The notes beneath the pieces were generated by a model. It worked only from the letters and a program-made list of their open reading frames with translations. It made no database searches and was not told where the DNA came from. The translations under genes were made by a program, and so were the position numbers. This document shows, piece after piece, positions 10,339 through 20,551 of a stretch of DNA of 56,844 nt. Location of the stretch: contig DATBOX010000141.1 in the NCBI GenBank assembly GCA_036561685.1, positions 1 to 56,844 of the forward strand, read 5' to 3'. Within the stretch, counting starts at the first letter, position 1. Every line of letters begins with the position of its first letter. Origin of the DNA: Candidatus Limnocylindrales bacterium (GTDB taxonomy: Bacteria > Chloroflexota > Limnocylindria > Limnocylindrales > CSP1-4).

Positions 10339-10857
10339 CTACCGCGAGCGGCGGTAGCGGCGGCGGCGCTTCGCGGCGGCTGCGCCGGTGCCGTCGTAGG
10401 CGACGATGCTGATCGAACCGTCCTCCTCCAGCGTCGCCAGCTTGACCTGGCGGACCTCCTCAAGGCCGTGCTCGCGGAGCGCTGCGCCAAGATCGGCGTC
10501 ATCGAGGCCTTCCTCCTCCACGATGGCGGGCAGCCAGGTCCCGTCACGCCCGATGGTCGTCGGCTCGAACTGCAGGAACCGGCGCACCCACGGCACCCGG
10601 GCGCGCAGCAGCCCGATGATCGAGGTCACCACGAAGAGCGTGGCGATGACGATCAGGCCCCCGGTCACCGATGAGTCGGGCCCCGTCATGGCCGGCTGGA
10701 GGGCGTTGGCCGCCAGGAGGACGAGCGCGAGATCGAACAGCGTGAACTGGCCAAGCTCCCGCTTGCCCGAGACCCGCAGGAGCAGGAAGAAGACGAGATA
10801 GACGATCGCCGAGCGGACGACCAGTTCGAGCGGCGAGACGGTCAGGCCGAACATCAT
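10339..10857 (-). CDS. DUF421 (YetF-like) membrane protein
   Basis: 172 aa with N-terminal TM helices and a soluble C-terminal domain, typical of the YetF/YdfR family. Confidence 0.72.
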   Translation of the reverse strand: MMFGLTVSPLELVVRSAIVYLVFFLLLRVSGKRELGQFTLFDLALVLLAANALQPAMTGPDSSVTGGLIVIATLFVVTSIIGLLRARVPWVRRFLQFEPTTIGRDGTWLPAIVEEEGLDDADLGAALREHGLEEVRQVKLATLEEDGSISIVAYDGTGAAAAKRRRRYRRSR

Positions 10858-10894
10858 CCCTCCGGTCGGCGGCTCACGGGTAGATGCGAGCGGC

Positions 10895-11440
10895 TCAGGC
10901 AGCCGAACCAGGCGTGGCCGGCCCCGATCCGCCCAGGATCGCCGCCCGCTGATCGGCCGGCACGAGCGACTCGACCAGGGCCGTCAGCAGCTTCGTCTGG
11001 CGCAGGAGTTCGGCGTCCTGGAGATCGAGATGCTTCATGACCGCCTCGGTGTCGTGGAACATCTTGCCCACCGTCTTGTATTCGGCGTCCGACCGCACCT
11101 CAGCATGGCGATTCTGGAGGTTCTGGCCGACCATGATCAGGGGCATCAGCAGCAGCTGGACGATGTTGCCGAGGAAAAGCAGGAAGGCGAACGGGAACGG
11201 GTCGAAGGCGCCCTTGCCCGAGACCGACTGCCAGATCATCCAGCCGGCGAGGATGAGCGCGAACACGTAGACCGCATACATCGTGCCGATCGCGCCGGTG
11301 ATGACGAGCGCGATGCGGTCCTGTGCGCTCAGGCTCTGCTGGACCTTCTTGTAGGAGTTCTCCCGCTGGTGCGGGTCGGGCGTGAATTCGCCGAGGGTGC
11401 CCCTGCCTTGCGGGGCGGCGGCCGCTGGCGTTGCGGACAT
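10895..11440 (-). CDS. DUF1003 membrane protein
   Basis: FDPFPFAFLLFLGNIVQLLLMPLIMVGQNLQ...AEVRSDAEYK core. ATG 11440 is preceded by AGGAGG. The upstream part of ORF 10895-11755 is Arg/Ser-rich shadow. Confidence 0.75.
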   Translation of the reverse strand: MSATPAAAAPQGRGTLGEFTPDPHQRENSYKKVQQSLSAQDRIALVITGAIGTMYAVYVFALILAGWMIWQSVSGKGAFDPFPFAFLLFLGNIVQLLLMPLIMVGQNLQNRHAEVRSDAEYKTVGKMFHDTEAVMKHLDLQDAELLRQTKLLTALVESLVPADQRAAILGGSGPATPGSAA

Positions 11441-11507
11441 GGATGCGCCTCCTGAGCATCGGGTCGGCGAAGCCGCCGGCCTCCCTGACCGGCGTACGAT
11501 ACGGCCG

Positions 11508-12479
11508 ATGGCCGCCGCCGCTTCGGTCGCCCGCGAACTCCCGGGCCGGGCCTTGCGCGCCAGCCTCCTGTGGGCCTCGGGACGGCGCTCGCTGGCGCGG
11601 GTAGCGACGGCGACGCCCCTGACCCGTGGGATGGTGTGGCGCTTCGTGGCCGGCGAGACCCAGGAGGCCGGCCTGGAGGCCCTGGCCCGACTCCGCGACG
11701 CCGGATTCCACACCACGGCTGACGTGCTCGGAGAGGCGGTCTCCAGCGAGGCCATGGCGACGCGGGCGGCCGATTCCTACATCCGCCTGCTGGATGGCCT
11801 GGCCCAGCGGGGCCTCGAGGGCAACGTCAGCGTCAAGCTCACGCAGCTGGGCCTGGACCACGGGATCCAGGGCTGTCGCGTCCAGCTCCGCCGCGTCATC
11901 GAGGCGGCCGCGCGGACGAGCGCCTTCGTGCGCGTCGACATGGAGGACCACCACCGCACCGACGCCACGCTGGCCCTGGTCCACGAGATGCACGCCACGC
12001 ACCCCGACGTTGGCGCGGTCATCCAGGCCTACCTGCGCCGCTCGGCGGACGATGTCGCCGCGCTCATCGCCGCGGGCACGCGCGTCCGCCTCTGCAAGGG
12101 CGCCTACCAGGAGCCGGCAAGCGTGGCCTTCCCGCACAAGGGGGACGTGGACACCAACTATGAGCGGCTGGCCCAGACGCTCCTGGTCGACGGCACGTAT
12201 CCGGCCCTGGCGACCCACGACGAACGCCTCATCGAGCGGCTGCTCGTCTTCACCAGGGAGCGGGGCATCGACCCGTCGCGGTTCGAGTTCCAGATGCTCT
12301 ACGGCATCCGGCGCGACCTGCAGGACCGCCTGCGCGACGGCGGCTACACCGTGCGGGTGTACGTCCCGTTCGGGACGGAGTGGTACCCCTATTTCATGCG
12401 CCGGCTGGCGGAGCGACCGGCGAACGTGCTCTTCATCACCCGCTCGCTCCTCAGCGAGGGCCGCCGCGCCAAGCGCTAG
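11508..12479 (+). CDS. Proline dehydrogenase (monofunctional)
   Basis: VSVKLTQLG, VDMEDH, RLCKGAY, ATHDE and FQMLYGIR motifs of PRODH. ATG 11508. Confidence 0.86.
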   Translation: MAAAASVARELPGRALRASLLWASGRRSLARVATATPLTRGMVWRFVAGETQEAGLEALARLRDAGFHTTADVLGEAVSSEAMATRAADSYIRLLDGLAQRGLEGNVSVKLTQLGLDHGIQGCRVQLRRVIEAAARTSAFVRVDMEDHHRTDATLALVHEMHATHPDVGAVIQAYLRRSADDVAALIAAGTRVRLCKGAYQEPASVAFPHKGDVDTNYERLAQTLLVDGTYPALATHDERLIERLLVFTRERGIDPSRFEFQMLYGIRRDLQDRLRDGGYTVRVYVPFGTEWYPYFMRRLAERPANVLFITRSLLSEGRRAKR

Positions 12480-13006
12480 ACGCTAGGGGCCCCAGGCGCC
12501 AGACGCGCGCCAAGCAGCTCGTCCAGCTGGTCGGCGTGCTCCTCCAGGTGGGTGACCCAGAAACGGTCGACCATCGCCGGCAGGCGCATCGCCCCCAGTC
12601 GCGGATGCAGGCCGGCCGCGTCCCAGGCGGTGTCGGGCAGGCCCCGGATGAAGGCCTCGGCGGCCGTGATGCCCTGATCCACGCGCCCATGGAGGGCCCG
12701 CGGGTGATCGTGCCGGTCCTGCTCGATGGCCAGGATGCGCGTCGGGTCGGCCGCCGTGCGGCCGAACGGGATGGGCTCGGCCACGCCATCCGCCCGCGCC
12801 GCAAGGAGCCGCTTGAACTGGTCGAGCCAGTAAGCGGGGAACTCGGCGAGGTGGGCCCACACCTGCCCGGCCTCCCAGCGCTCGCCCGTCTGGGGATCGG
12901 CGCCGGTCAGGCCGGCATGGGCGCCGCTGGCGGCGTGGGCTGCCAGGCGTACGCGGACGGCCTCCATGCGCGCGATCGCGGCGGTCGCTTCGTCGGTCAT
13001 GGCCAC
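12476..13006 (-). CDS. DinB / mycothiol-maleylpyruvate-isomerase-N-like family protein
   Basis: 176 aa with a helical-bundle pattern and His residues (WAHLAEF...THLEEHADQL). The start is GTG 13006 or ATG 13000. Confidence 0.68.
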   Translation of the reverse strand: MAMTDEATAAIARMEAVRVRLAAHAASGAHAGLTGADPQTGERWEAGQVWAHLAEFPAYWLDQFKRLLAARADGVAEPIPFGRTAADPTRILAIEQDRHDHPRALHGRVDQGITAAEAFIRGLPDTAWDAAGLHPRLGAMRLPAMVDRFWVTHLEEHADQLDELLGARLAPGAPSV

Positions 13007-13140
13007 AGTGAACCACGCCGCGCAACGGCGCGCTCAGTCGGCGGCCGGGGGGGATGATGGACGAGGATCGAACGACCCGCGGCCGGTGGCGACTCATACA
13101 GGTCGATGCCCCGCCCGGGGCGCGATGCGGAGGGACGCGG

Positions 13141-13696
13141 GTGCAGGTGGCACTCGTCCAGGCGGCGATCGACGGCGATGAGGGCGCGTTCGCGGCCCTG
13201 GCGAGGGGCGCCAGCGACCGCCTGATGGCGGTCGCCTACCGCATCCTCCGCGACAGCCAGCTGGCCGAGGACGCCCTGCAGGCGACGCTCGTCGCCGCAT
13301 GGCGGCAGCTGCCGGCCCTCCGCGATGCGGAGCGCTTCGATGCGTGGCTCCACCGCCTGCTGGTCCACGCCTGCTACGCGGGAGGCCCGCCGGCGGCGCC
13401 GCTGGGCCCTCGTCATGACCATCCGGCCGCTTGCGTCCGTCGCGCCCGAGGACCAGTACCTGGCCGTCGACGACCGCGACCGGCTCGAGCGGGCCTTCAG
13501 CCGCCTGCCCGTCGACCAGCGGGCCGTGCTCGTCTTCCATCACTACCTGGGCCTCTCGGTGCCCGAGGTCGCCGACCGCCTGGGAATCCCGCTTGGCACG
13601 GCCAAGTCACGCCTCCACTACGCCTCGGCGGCGCTGCGAGCCGCGCTCGATGCCGATGCCCGGGGCCCCACGCTGCACCAGGAGCGACCCGCATGA
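13141..13696 (+). pseudogene. ECF (sigma-70 group 4) sigma factor interrupted by an apparent 1-nt frameshift near 13378-13382
   Basis: Region 2 (FAALARG...LAEDALQATLVAAWRQLPALRDAERFDAWLHRLLVHACY) is in frame 1. The EARRRRRW linker and region 4 (LPVDQRAVLVFHHYLGLSVPEVADRLGIPLGTAKSRLHYA) are in frame 2. GC3 periodicity switches at the same place. The 5' start is uncertain (GTG 13141/13147 or ATG 13054). Confidence 0.72.
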
Positions 13697-14616
13697 GCGC
13701 CTCCCCCGACATCGACCAGCTCGTGCGGGCCTTCCTGCACGAGGGCCCCACGACCGCCCCCGAGCGCGCCGTCGACGCCGCGCTGGATTCCGTCCATCGG
13801 GTGCGTCGCCTGCCTCGCCCAAGGACACGGAGGGACTTCTTCATGGCTCGTTCGAACCTCACCGCCGGGGCGATCGTGGTGGTGCTCGCCATCGCGCTCG
13901 GCGCCTGGATCCTTCGCCCGCTGGGCGGCACTGGCGTGGAAACCTCGCCCAGCCCGACGGCGCCGGCGGCGTCGACCACGCCCGCCCCAAGTGAGGCGGT
14001 TCCGACCGCAACGGCGGTCATCGTCGGACCGGACGGGCCCCTGGAGGTGGGCCAGACCTATCGCGTGCCCGGCTTCACGGTTCCCTTCAGCTTCACCACG
14101 CCGGACTTCCCACCGGCGCCGCCATCGGTGCTCCCGCCACGTATCGTCGGGGATCCGCACGTCCGCGGCATCTATCGCATCTGGGAAGACGGGGTGGGCG
14201 CGCTGACCATCTCGTATGACACGCCCCAGGCGGTCGATCTCTGTCATCCGGACCAGGGCACGGTGCCGGGAGTGCCCTCCACGCCGGAGGCGGTCGGCGC
14301 GTGGCTCGCGGCCGACCCGGCCTTGAAGGTCTCGAAGCCGACCCCGATCACCGTCGACGGACGCCGGTCGCTCTACTGGGACGTCACGTTCGGGAGCAGC
14401 TGCTATGCCGGCCCGGGCCCGGCGGCGGGCGGGCCGGCGATGACCATCCGCGCCGGGGAGTGGCACCGCTTCTACGCCATCTGGACCGGCGTGCGGACCC
14501 TGCTGGCCACGGAGTGGGCCGCCGACGACGTCCTCGCCGACACCGATGCTGATCCGCAACGCGCTGCCATGACGGCGGCGGCGGACCAGCTGGTCAAGTC
14601 CTTGACGTTCCCCTAG
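13693..14616 (+). CDS. Single-pass membrane protein coupled to the ECF sigma (possible anti-sigma or sigma-associated factor with unknown extracytoplasmic domain)
   Basis: ATGA overlap with the sigma stop. Short cytoplasmic N-terminus, TM helix AGAIVVVLAIALGAWIL, Pro/Thr linker and a ~220-aa external domain. Confidence 0.6.
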   Translation: MSASPDIDQLVRAFLHEGPTTAPERAVDAALDSVHRVRRLPRPRTRRDFFMARSNLTAGAIVVVLAIALGAWILRPLGGTGVETSPSPTAPAASTTPAPSEAVPTATAVIVGPDGPLEVGQTYRVPGFTVPFSFTTPDFPPAPPSVLPPRIVGDPHVRGIYRIWEDGVGALTISYDTPQAVDLCHPDQGTVPGVPSTPEAVGAWLAADPALKVSKPTPITVDGRRSLYWDVTFGSSCYAGPGPAAGGPAMTIRAGEWHRFYAIWTGVRTLLATEWAADDVLADTDADPQRAAMTAAADQLVKSLTFP

Positions 14617-14664
14617 TCCGTCTCTCCCGGGGCGGACCTCCGTCGCGGTCCCCGGAGGCGTTCC

Positions 14665-15888
14665 TCAGTCGGGGAAGGCCTCCGGGCCGCGCTCGGCCAG
14701 CTCGCGTGCTTCCGCGGTCGCGTCCTCCGGGGGCAACCAGGAGTAGGGATACGCCGCGTCCTCCAGGCCGGCGGCCTGGACCGTCAGGTCGAGCGGGTGG
14801 AAGGTGTCGACCATGACCGCCAGCTCTTCCGTGCTCTCGCGCCCGATCGAGGCCTCGGCGGTGCCCGGGTGCGGGCCATGGGGGATGCCGCCCGGATGGA
14901 CCGTGAACGAGCTGATGTCGACCCCGCGCCGGCTCATGAAGTTGCCGGCCACGTAGTAGATGACCTCGTCGCTGTTGATGTTGGAGTGGTTGTAGGGCGC
15001 CGGGATCGCCAGCGGGTGGTAGTCGAACTTGCGGGGCACGAAGGAGCAGACCACGAAGTTGGAGCCCTGGAACGTCTGGTGGACGGGCGGCGGCTGGTGG
15101 ACGCGGCCGGTGATGGGCTGGAAGTCACCGATGTTGAAGATGTACGGGTAGAGGTAGCCGTCCCAGCCGACCACGTCGAGCGGATGGTGGTGGTAGTGGT
15201 AGCGGGTCAGCTGGCCACGGGCCTTCACGTCGATGCTGAAGTCGCCCGCCTCCGTGTGCGGCGGCACGTCGGCCGGGACGCGGATGTCGCGGTGGTAGTA
15301 CGGCGCGTGCTCCAGGAGCTGGCCGTACTCGTTGCGGTAGCGGCGTGGCGGCTCGATCTCGCCGGGCGTCTCCAGCCAGAGCAGGCGCTGGTCGACCCCG
15401 GGGGCCGGGTCCAGCCGCCACGTCGTGCCGATGGGGATGACGAGGTAGTCGCCGGGCTCGTAGTCGAGGGGCCCGAAGACCGACTCGAACCGCCCGCGAC
15501 CCTCGTGGACGTAGAGCAGCTCGTCGCCCTCCCCGTTGCGGTAGAAGTGGCCGGCCGGCATGGCCGCGGCCGGACGCACCACGCCCAGCACCACGTCGCG
15601 GTTGAAGAAGAGGGGCACCCGGCCAGTCACCACATCGCCCGACGGCGGCAGTTCGGCCGTCTTGACCAGGTGATGGCGGTGGACCCCCTCGGCAGCCCGC
15701 TCGAGGGCGATGAGGGGGCCGGCCTCGACGCGGTGGGTGCGGGTGGGGGGCACGAGGTGGTAGAGCAGCGAGCTGCGGCCGGTGAAGCCCTCGACCCCGA
15801 ACAGCTCCTCGGCGTAGAGGGTGCCGTCCGGCGCGCGATGCTGCGTGTGGCGCTGGCGTGGCACGCTGCCGTGCTGGACGTAGTGCAT
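14665..15888 (-). CDS. hmgA: Homogentisate 1,2-dioxygenase
   Basis: MHYVQHGSVPRQRHTQHR...EELFGVEGFTGRSSLLYH N-terminus and overall HgmA-like sequence. ATG 15888 is preceded by GGGAGG. Confidence 0.88.
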   Translation of the reverse strand: MHYVQHGSVPRQRHTQHRAPDGTLYAEELFGVEGFTGRSSLLYHLVPPTRTHRVEAGPLIALERAAEGVHRHHLVKTAELPPSGDVVTGRVPLFFNRDVVLGVVRPAAAMPAGHFYRNGEGDELLYVHEGRGRFESVFGPLDYEPGDYLVIPIGTTWRLDPAPGVDQRLLWLETPGEIEPPRRYRNEYGQLLEHAPYYHRDIRVPADVPPHTEAGDFSIDVKARGQLTRYHYHHHPLDVVGWDGYLYPYIFNIGDFQPITGRVHQPPPVHQTFQGSNFVVCSFVPRKFDYHPLAIPAPYNHSNINSDEVIYYVAGNFMSRRGVDISSFTVHPGGIPHGPHPGTAEASIGRESTEELAVMVDTFHPLDLTVQAAGLEDAAYPYSWLPPEDATAEARELAERGPEAFPD

Positions 15889-15923
15889 GGCGCGACTGGC
15901 CTCCCTTGCGGACGGGGGCCAGT

Positions 15924-17246
15924 CTAGGCCGTTCGGCGCGGCTCCCGGTGGCGGCGCCAACGGGCCAGGGCGCGGCCCGTCTCGGGTGCCGTGATCCGCC
16001 GTTGGCCGTAGCGGGCCAGCTGGTAGTCGGCGGCCAGGCGGCGCAGCGGACCGGGTGCGACGTCGGCGCCAGCGTCGGCCAGGCGGCGCGCGTGGCCGGC
16101 CGGCGTCTCGGAGGCGTGCCGCGCGAGGTCGGGATCAGCGGCCAGCAGCTCCAGCGTCGCCAGGTACGCCGTCACCGCGTCGTGCGGTGTGCTCGGGACG
16201 GCCGGGCCGCGACGCCGCGCGGGCCGGGGGACCCGGACGGGCACGACGATGGACCGCTCTTCGACGATGCGCGGCCGATCCTGGGCGTCGCGATGTGGCG
16301 GCCGCAGCCAGCGCAGCACGAGCAGGATGCTCACCGTGATCACGACCATGAGCACGATGGCGATGGTCACCAGCTGGCCCGAGTCCAGGCCCCCGACGCC
16401 GATCCCGCTGCCCGTGCCGCCGCCCGCGTTGGGGACCGTCGCGCTGCCGGGTGTCAGGAGGCCGGCGAGGACACCGCCGGCCGCGATGGGCGGGGCGACC
16501 AGCAGGGCCACGATCGTGAACAGGAGGACGCCGGGCCGCACGATGGCCTCCGCCAGGTCCTCCGGCCGAAGACCGGCCCAGAGGGCGAGCGGCACGCCGA
16601 CCGCGATCAGGGCGAGCGGGACCGCGGCCGTCACCAGGAACCAGGTGCGCCCCGCGCGGTCACGAGGGTCCGCCGTCAGGCCAAGCAGCCGGAGGCGACC
16701 GAAGCCGAGCGCGGCAAACCCGGCGACCACGAAGACGAGCGTGCCCATCCACGCTGAGCCCACGAACGACTGGCGCAGGGTGGCCTCCGGGATGATCGCC
16801 CCGACCAGCCACGGCAGCAGCAGGATCGGCGTCAGGTAGCGCAGCAGGTTGGCGCTCGTCTCCACGTCGTCGAGCGGGTCCCGATGCGCGCCGCCGCGCA
16901 GCACCGCGGCCCCCAGCAGGAGCGCCCCCGGATGCGCCGCCAATGCAGATGGCAGCGCTCCCGCCTGGAGGGCCGTCCAGGTGGCGGGGCTGGCCAGCCA
17001 GCCGATCACGACGACGCCGGCAAGCGCGGCCAGGGCCAGCGGTCGAGGCCAGGTGCGCGGGCGACGCCCGATCCAGATGCCGAGGAGCGCGGCCAGCGTG
17101 AACTCGACCGGTCCCAGCGATGGCTGGTGGCGCATCAGGCCGACCTCGAAGCCCGCGTACACGACGAGCAGCCAGCCGCCCTCCATGGCCGCCTCGACGA
17201 CGGCGAGGCCCGCCGCCCCCAGGTCAGCCCGTCGTGACCAAGACAT
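15924..17246 (-). CDS. Polytopic membrane protein with a C-terminal DUF4129 domain (third member of a MoxR-DUF58 module)
   Basis: About 8 hydrophobic segments, then TAYLATLELL...ASETPAGHARRL...LAADYQLARYG, a DUF4129-like tail. Overlaps the DUF58 gene end by 23 nt. Confidence 0.65.
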   Translation of the reverse strand: MSWSRRADLGAAGLAVVEAAMEGGWLLVVYAGFEVGLMRHQPSLGPVEFTLAALLGIWIGRRPRTWPRPLALAALAGVVVIGWLASPATWTALQAGALPSALAAHPGALLLGAAVLRGGAHRDPLDDVETSANLLRYLTPILLLPWLVGAIIPEATLRQSFVGSAWMGTLVFVVAGFAALGFGRLRLLGLTADPRDRAGRTWFLVTAAVPLALIAVGVPLALWAGLRPEDLAEAIVRPGVLLFTIVALLVAPPIAAGGVLAGLLTPGSATVPNAGGGTGSGIGVGGLDSGQLVTIAIVLMVVITVSILLVLRWLRPPHRDAQDRPRIVEERSIVVPVRVPRPARRRGPAVPSTPHDAVTAYLATLELLAADPDLARHASETPAGHARRLADAGADVAPGPLRRLAADYQLARYGQRRITAPETGRALARWRRHREPRRTA

Positions 17247-18459
17247 CCGCCCGCCTCCAGTCCGGTTCGAGGTGGCCGATCACGGCAGGGATGCGCGCCT
17301 TTCGCAGGGTCGCCACGGCCGCCGCCGCGCCCGGTCCCACGGCCACGTGCTGCACGACGAAACCGCTCCGCACGAGGTGGCGCTGGGTGGCCAGATAGCG
17401 CGTCGGGGGACGGCTGCTGACCGTGACGAGGGTCGTGCCGGGCGGCACGCGCAGGGCCACTGCGGCCAGGGCTTGCTCGTAGGGCGCCGCGACGTAGAGG
17501 CCGATGCGGGCGACCAGCGTAGCGATCCGCATCGCCTGCTGCGGCCCCGAGCGCGGCGCGATGTACGAGACCTGCCGCGGTGCTCCGGCCCGGATGGCGG
17601 CCGCGAATCCGCACGCGTCGCCTGCCCCCACGATCGACCTGGCCAGTGAGGTGGCGGCCACGGCCAGCACCTCGATGAGCGTCTCGTCCACGCCCGGCAG
17701 CCAGTGGGGGCCGGGTCCCGTCTGGACGTCGAGCACGATCACGACCTGCCGCTCATGCGACGGTTCGAAGCGCTTCGTCAGCGGCCGGCCGGTCCGCGCC
17801 GAGGCACGCCAATGGCGCTCGCGAGGTGCGTCGCCCGGCTGGTACGGCCGCACCCCGGCGAAGAGGGCCGGGTCGTGGAAGAGGCTCTGGGTCGCGCGGC
17901 GGACGCCGAGGGGCGCGCGCGACGGCAGGGCCGTGACGACGGGCACGGAGCGCGGCAGCACCGTGAACGTGCCCGGCAGCGGCCGCTCCTGGGCGGCGAC
18001 CTCGCGACCGAAGAGGTCGGCCGCCTCGAGCCGCACCGGCCCCAGCTCGAACACGCCGCGCCGCACCGCCCGGACGTGGAGGTGGCGAGTGACGCGCTCG
18101 TACCACAGCAGCGACCAGCGGCTGCGCAGGATCGAGACGCCGGCCACGTCACTGCGGGTGAGGGGCAGCTCCACGACGTCCAGGCCGCCGCCCTCCACCA
18201 GGTCGTCGGTGGTGAGGCGGGGCAGCGGCAGGAGCTTGGCGTTCCACGCCGTGAGGCGCACCTCCACCTCGTCGCCCCAGATGGCCCGGCCGGTGCCCAG
18301 GTCGCGCTCATAGGTCACGCCGTCGAGGCCGTGGCGGTGCCACAGCTCCATCGTCAGCAGGACCAGGACGGTCACGACACCGATGAGGACGACCCCCGGC
18401 AGGGCGAGCGAGGCGCCGAGGAGGACGAAGAGGACCGCCAGCGCGAGCAGCAGGATCAC
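17224..18459 (-). CDS. DUF58 domain protein (vWA-like, MoxR partner)
   Basis: Two N-terminal TM helices and the GVRPYQPGDAPRERHWRASARTG DUF58 signature. Confidence 0.82.
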   Translation of the reverse strand: MILLLALAVLFVLLGASLALPGVVLIGVVTVLVLLTMELWHRHGLDGVTYERDLGTGRAIWGDEVEVRLTAWNAKLLPLPRLTTDDLVEGGGLDVVELPLTRSDVAGVSILRSRWSLLWYERVTRHLHVRAVRRGVFELGPVRLEAADLFGREVAAQERPLPGTFTVLPRSVPVVTALPSRAPLGVRRATQSLFHDPALFAGVRPYQPGDAPRERHWRASARTGRPLTKRFEPSHERQVVIVLDVQTGPGPHWLPGVDETLIEVLAVAATSLARSIVGAGDACGFAAAIRAGAPRQVSYIAPRSGPQQAMRIATLVARIGLYVAAPYEQALAAVALRVPPGTTLVTVSSRPPTRYLATQRHLVRSGFVVQHVAVGPGAAAAVATLRKARIPAVIGHLEPDWRRADVLVTTG

Positions 18460-18508
18460 GGGACCGCGCGCCTGACCGCGTCCGACGGGTCGGCGCGCCG
18501 CCGGGCGG

Positions 18509-19492
<984 letters not shown>

Positions 19493-19508
19493 GCGTGCGG
19501 CCCGCGGC

Positions 19509-20525
19509 TCAGGCGGGGGGTGGGGCGACGACGGGAGAGGTCAGGCGGCCCAGGCGCTCGATCTCCACGGTGACCACGTCGCCGGGCTCCAGGAAGCGGC
19601 CCAGGGTCGCCTCGCGAACCTCCAGCAGGCTGCCGCCGCCGATCGTGCCGCTGCCCACGATGTCGCCCGGCCGCAGGTGCACGTCCGACGAAGCCCGGGC
19701 CAGCATCTCGCCGAAGCTGTGGTGGATGGCCGCCCATGAGCCGCGGCTGCACTCGCGGCCGTTGACCGCCACGGTCCCGGCGAGGTCGTACCCCTTGCCG
19801 ATACGCGCGTCGGCGAGCTCGTCGGGCGTGACCAGCCACGGGCCGATGCTCACGGCGAAGTCCTTGCCCTTGGCGGGGCCCAGGCGCACGGTCGACTCGT
19901 CGCGTTGCAGGTCGCGTGCGGACCAGTCGTTGAGCACGAAGTAGCCGCCGATGGCGTCCTCCGCCTGGTCCGGCGACAGGTTCATCGCCGGGGTGTCGAT
20001 GAGGGCGCCGATCTCCAGCTCGTAGTCGAGTTCCGTGCTGCCGCGGGGCGCCCAGACCGGCTGGCCCGGTCCGCGGACCTCCGAGACGTTGCTGAAGTAG
20101 AAGATCGCCAGGCGGTACCACGCCTCCGGGATGGTGTCGTGCCGACGCTCCCACATGGCGCGGACATGGGTCTCGAAGGCGTAGAAGTCACGGAAGCTCA
20201 CCGGGCGAAGGATCGGCGGGCCGAAGGTCAGGTCGGCTGGATCCAGGGCCAGGTCGTCATCGGATCCGGGTGGGTCCGCCCGGATCGGACTGACGATATC
20301 GGCCAGGTCGGCGACCCGGTGGCCGGCCGCGAGGTGGGCATCCAGGGTCGTGATCGGCTCGCGAAAGAGGGGTTGGTTGTGAGCGAGCGCTGAGTCGCCA
20401 GCGGCCAGGCGGCGGCGAGCCGGCTCGAGGTCGAGCCACGCGCCGCCTTCGTCGTCCAGGGCCGCCGCCAGCCTGAAGGGCGTGCCCGTGGCGGCGTGCT
20501 GCTCGCGGACATGGGCCAGGCGCAT
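19509..20525 (-). CDS. Fumarylacetoacetate hydrolase (FAH) family protein
   Basis: 338 aa with a C-terminal FAH fold pattern (KGKDFAVSIGPWLVTPDEL...GDIVGSGTIGGGSLLE). Confidence 0.85.
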   Translation of the reverse strand: MRLAHVREQHAATGTPFRLAAALDDEGGAWLDLEPARRRLAAGDSALAHNQPLFREPITTLDAHLAAGHRVADLADIVSPIRADPPGSDDDLALDPADLTFGPPILRPVSFRDFYAFETHVRAMWERRHDTIPEAWYRLAIFYFSNVSEVRGPGQPVWAPRGSTELDYELEIGALIDTPAMNLSPDQAEDAIGGYFVLNDWSARDLQRDESTVRLGPAKGKDFAVSIGPWLVTPDELADARIGKGYDLAGTVAVNGRECSRGSWAAIHHSFGEMLARASSDVHLRPGDIVGSGTIGGGSLLEVREATLGRFLEPGDVVTVEIERLGRLTSPVVAPPPA

Positions 20526-20551
20526 CGGGCGAGTCTAACGGGCGGCTCGTC

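Noticed and set aside
13054-14616. Single 520-aa ORF spanning sigma factor and downstream gene
   Set aside because: The middle ~100 codons have poor GC3 and junk translation. Region 4 of the sigma factor is in another frame and ends in an ATGA overlap with a separate downstream CDS. I interpret this as a frameshifted sigma plus a distinct gene.
14617-14664. Possible bidirectional terminator hairpin between the sigma-partner gene and hmgA
   Set aside because: Only imperfect 6-8 bp pairings (CCTCCG...CGGAGG) with a bulge or large loop, and no U-tract. This is not distinguishable from background GC-rich self-complementarity.
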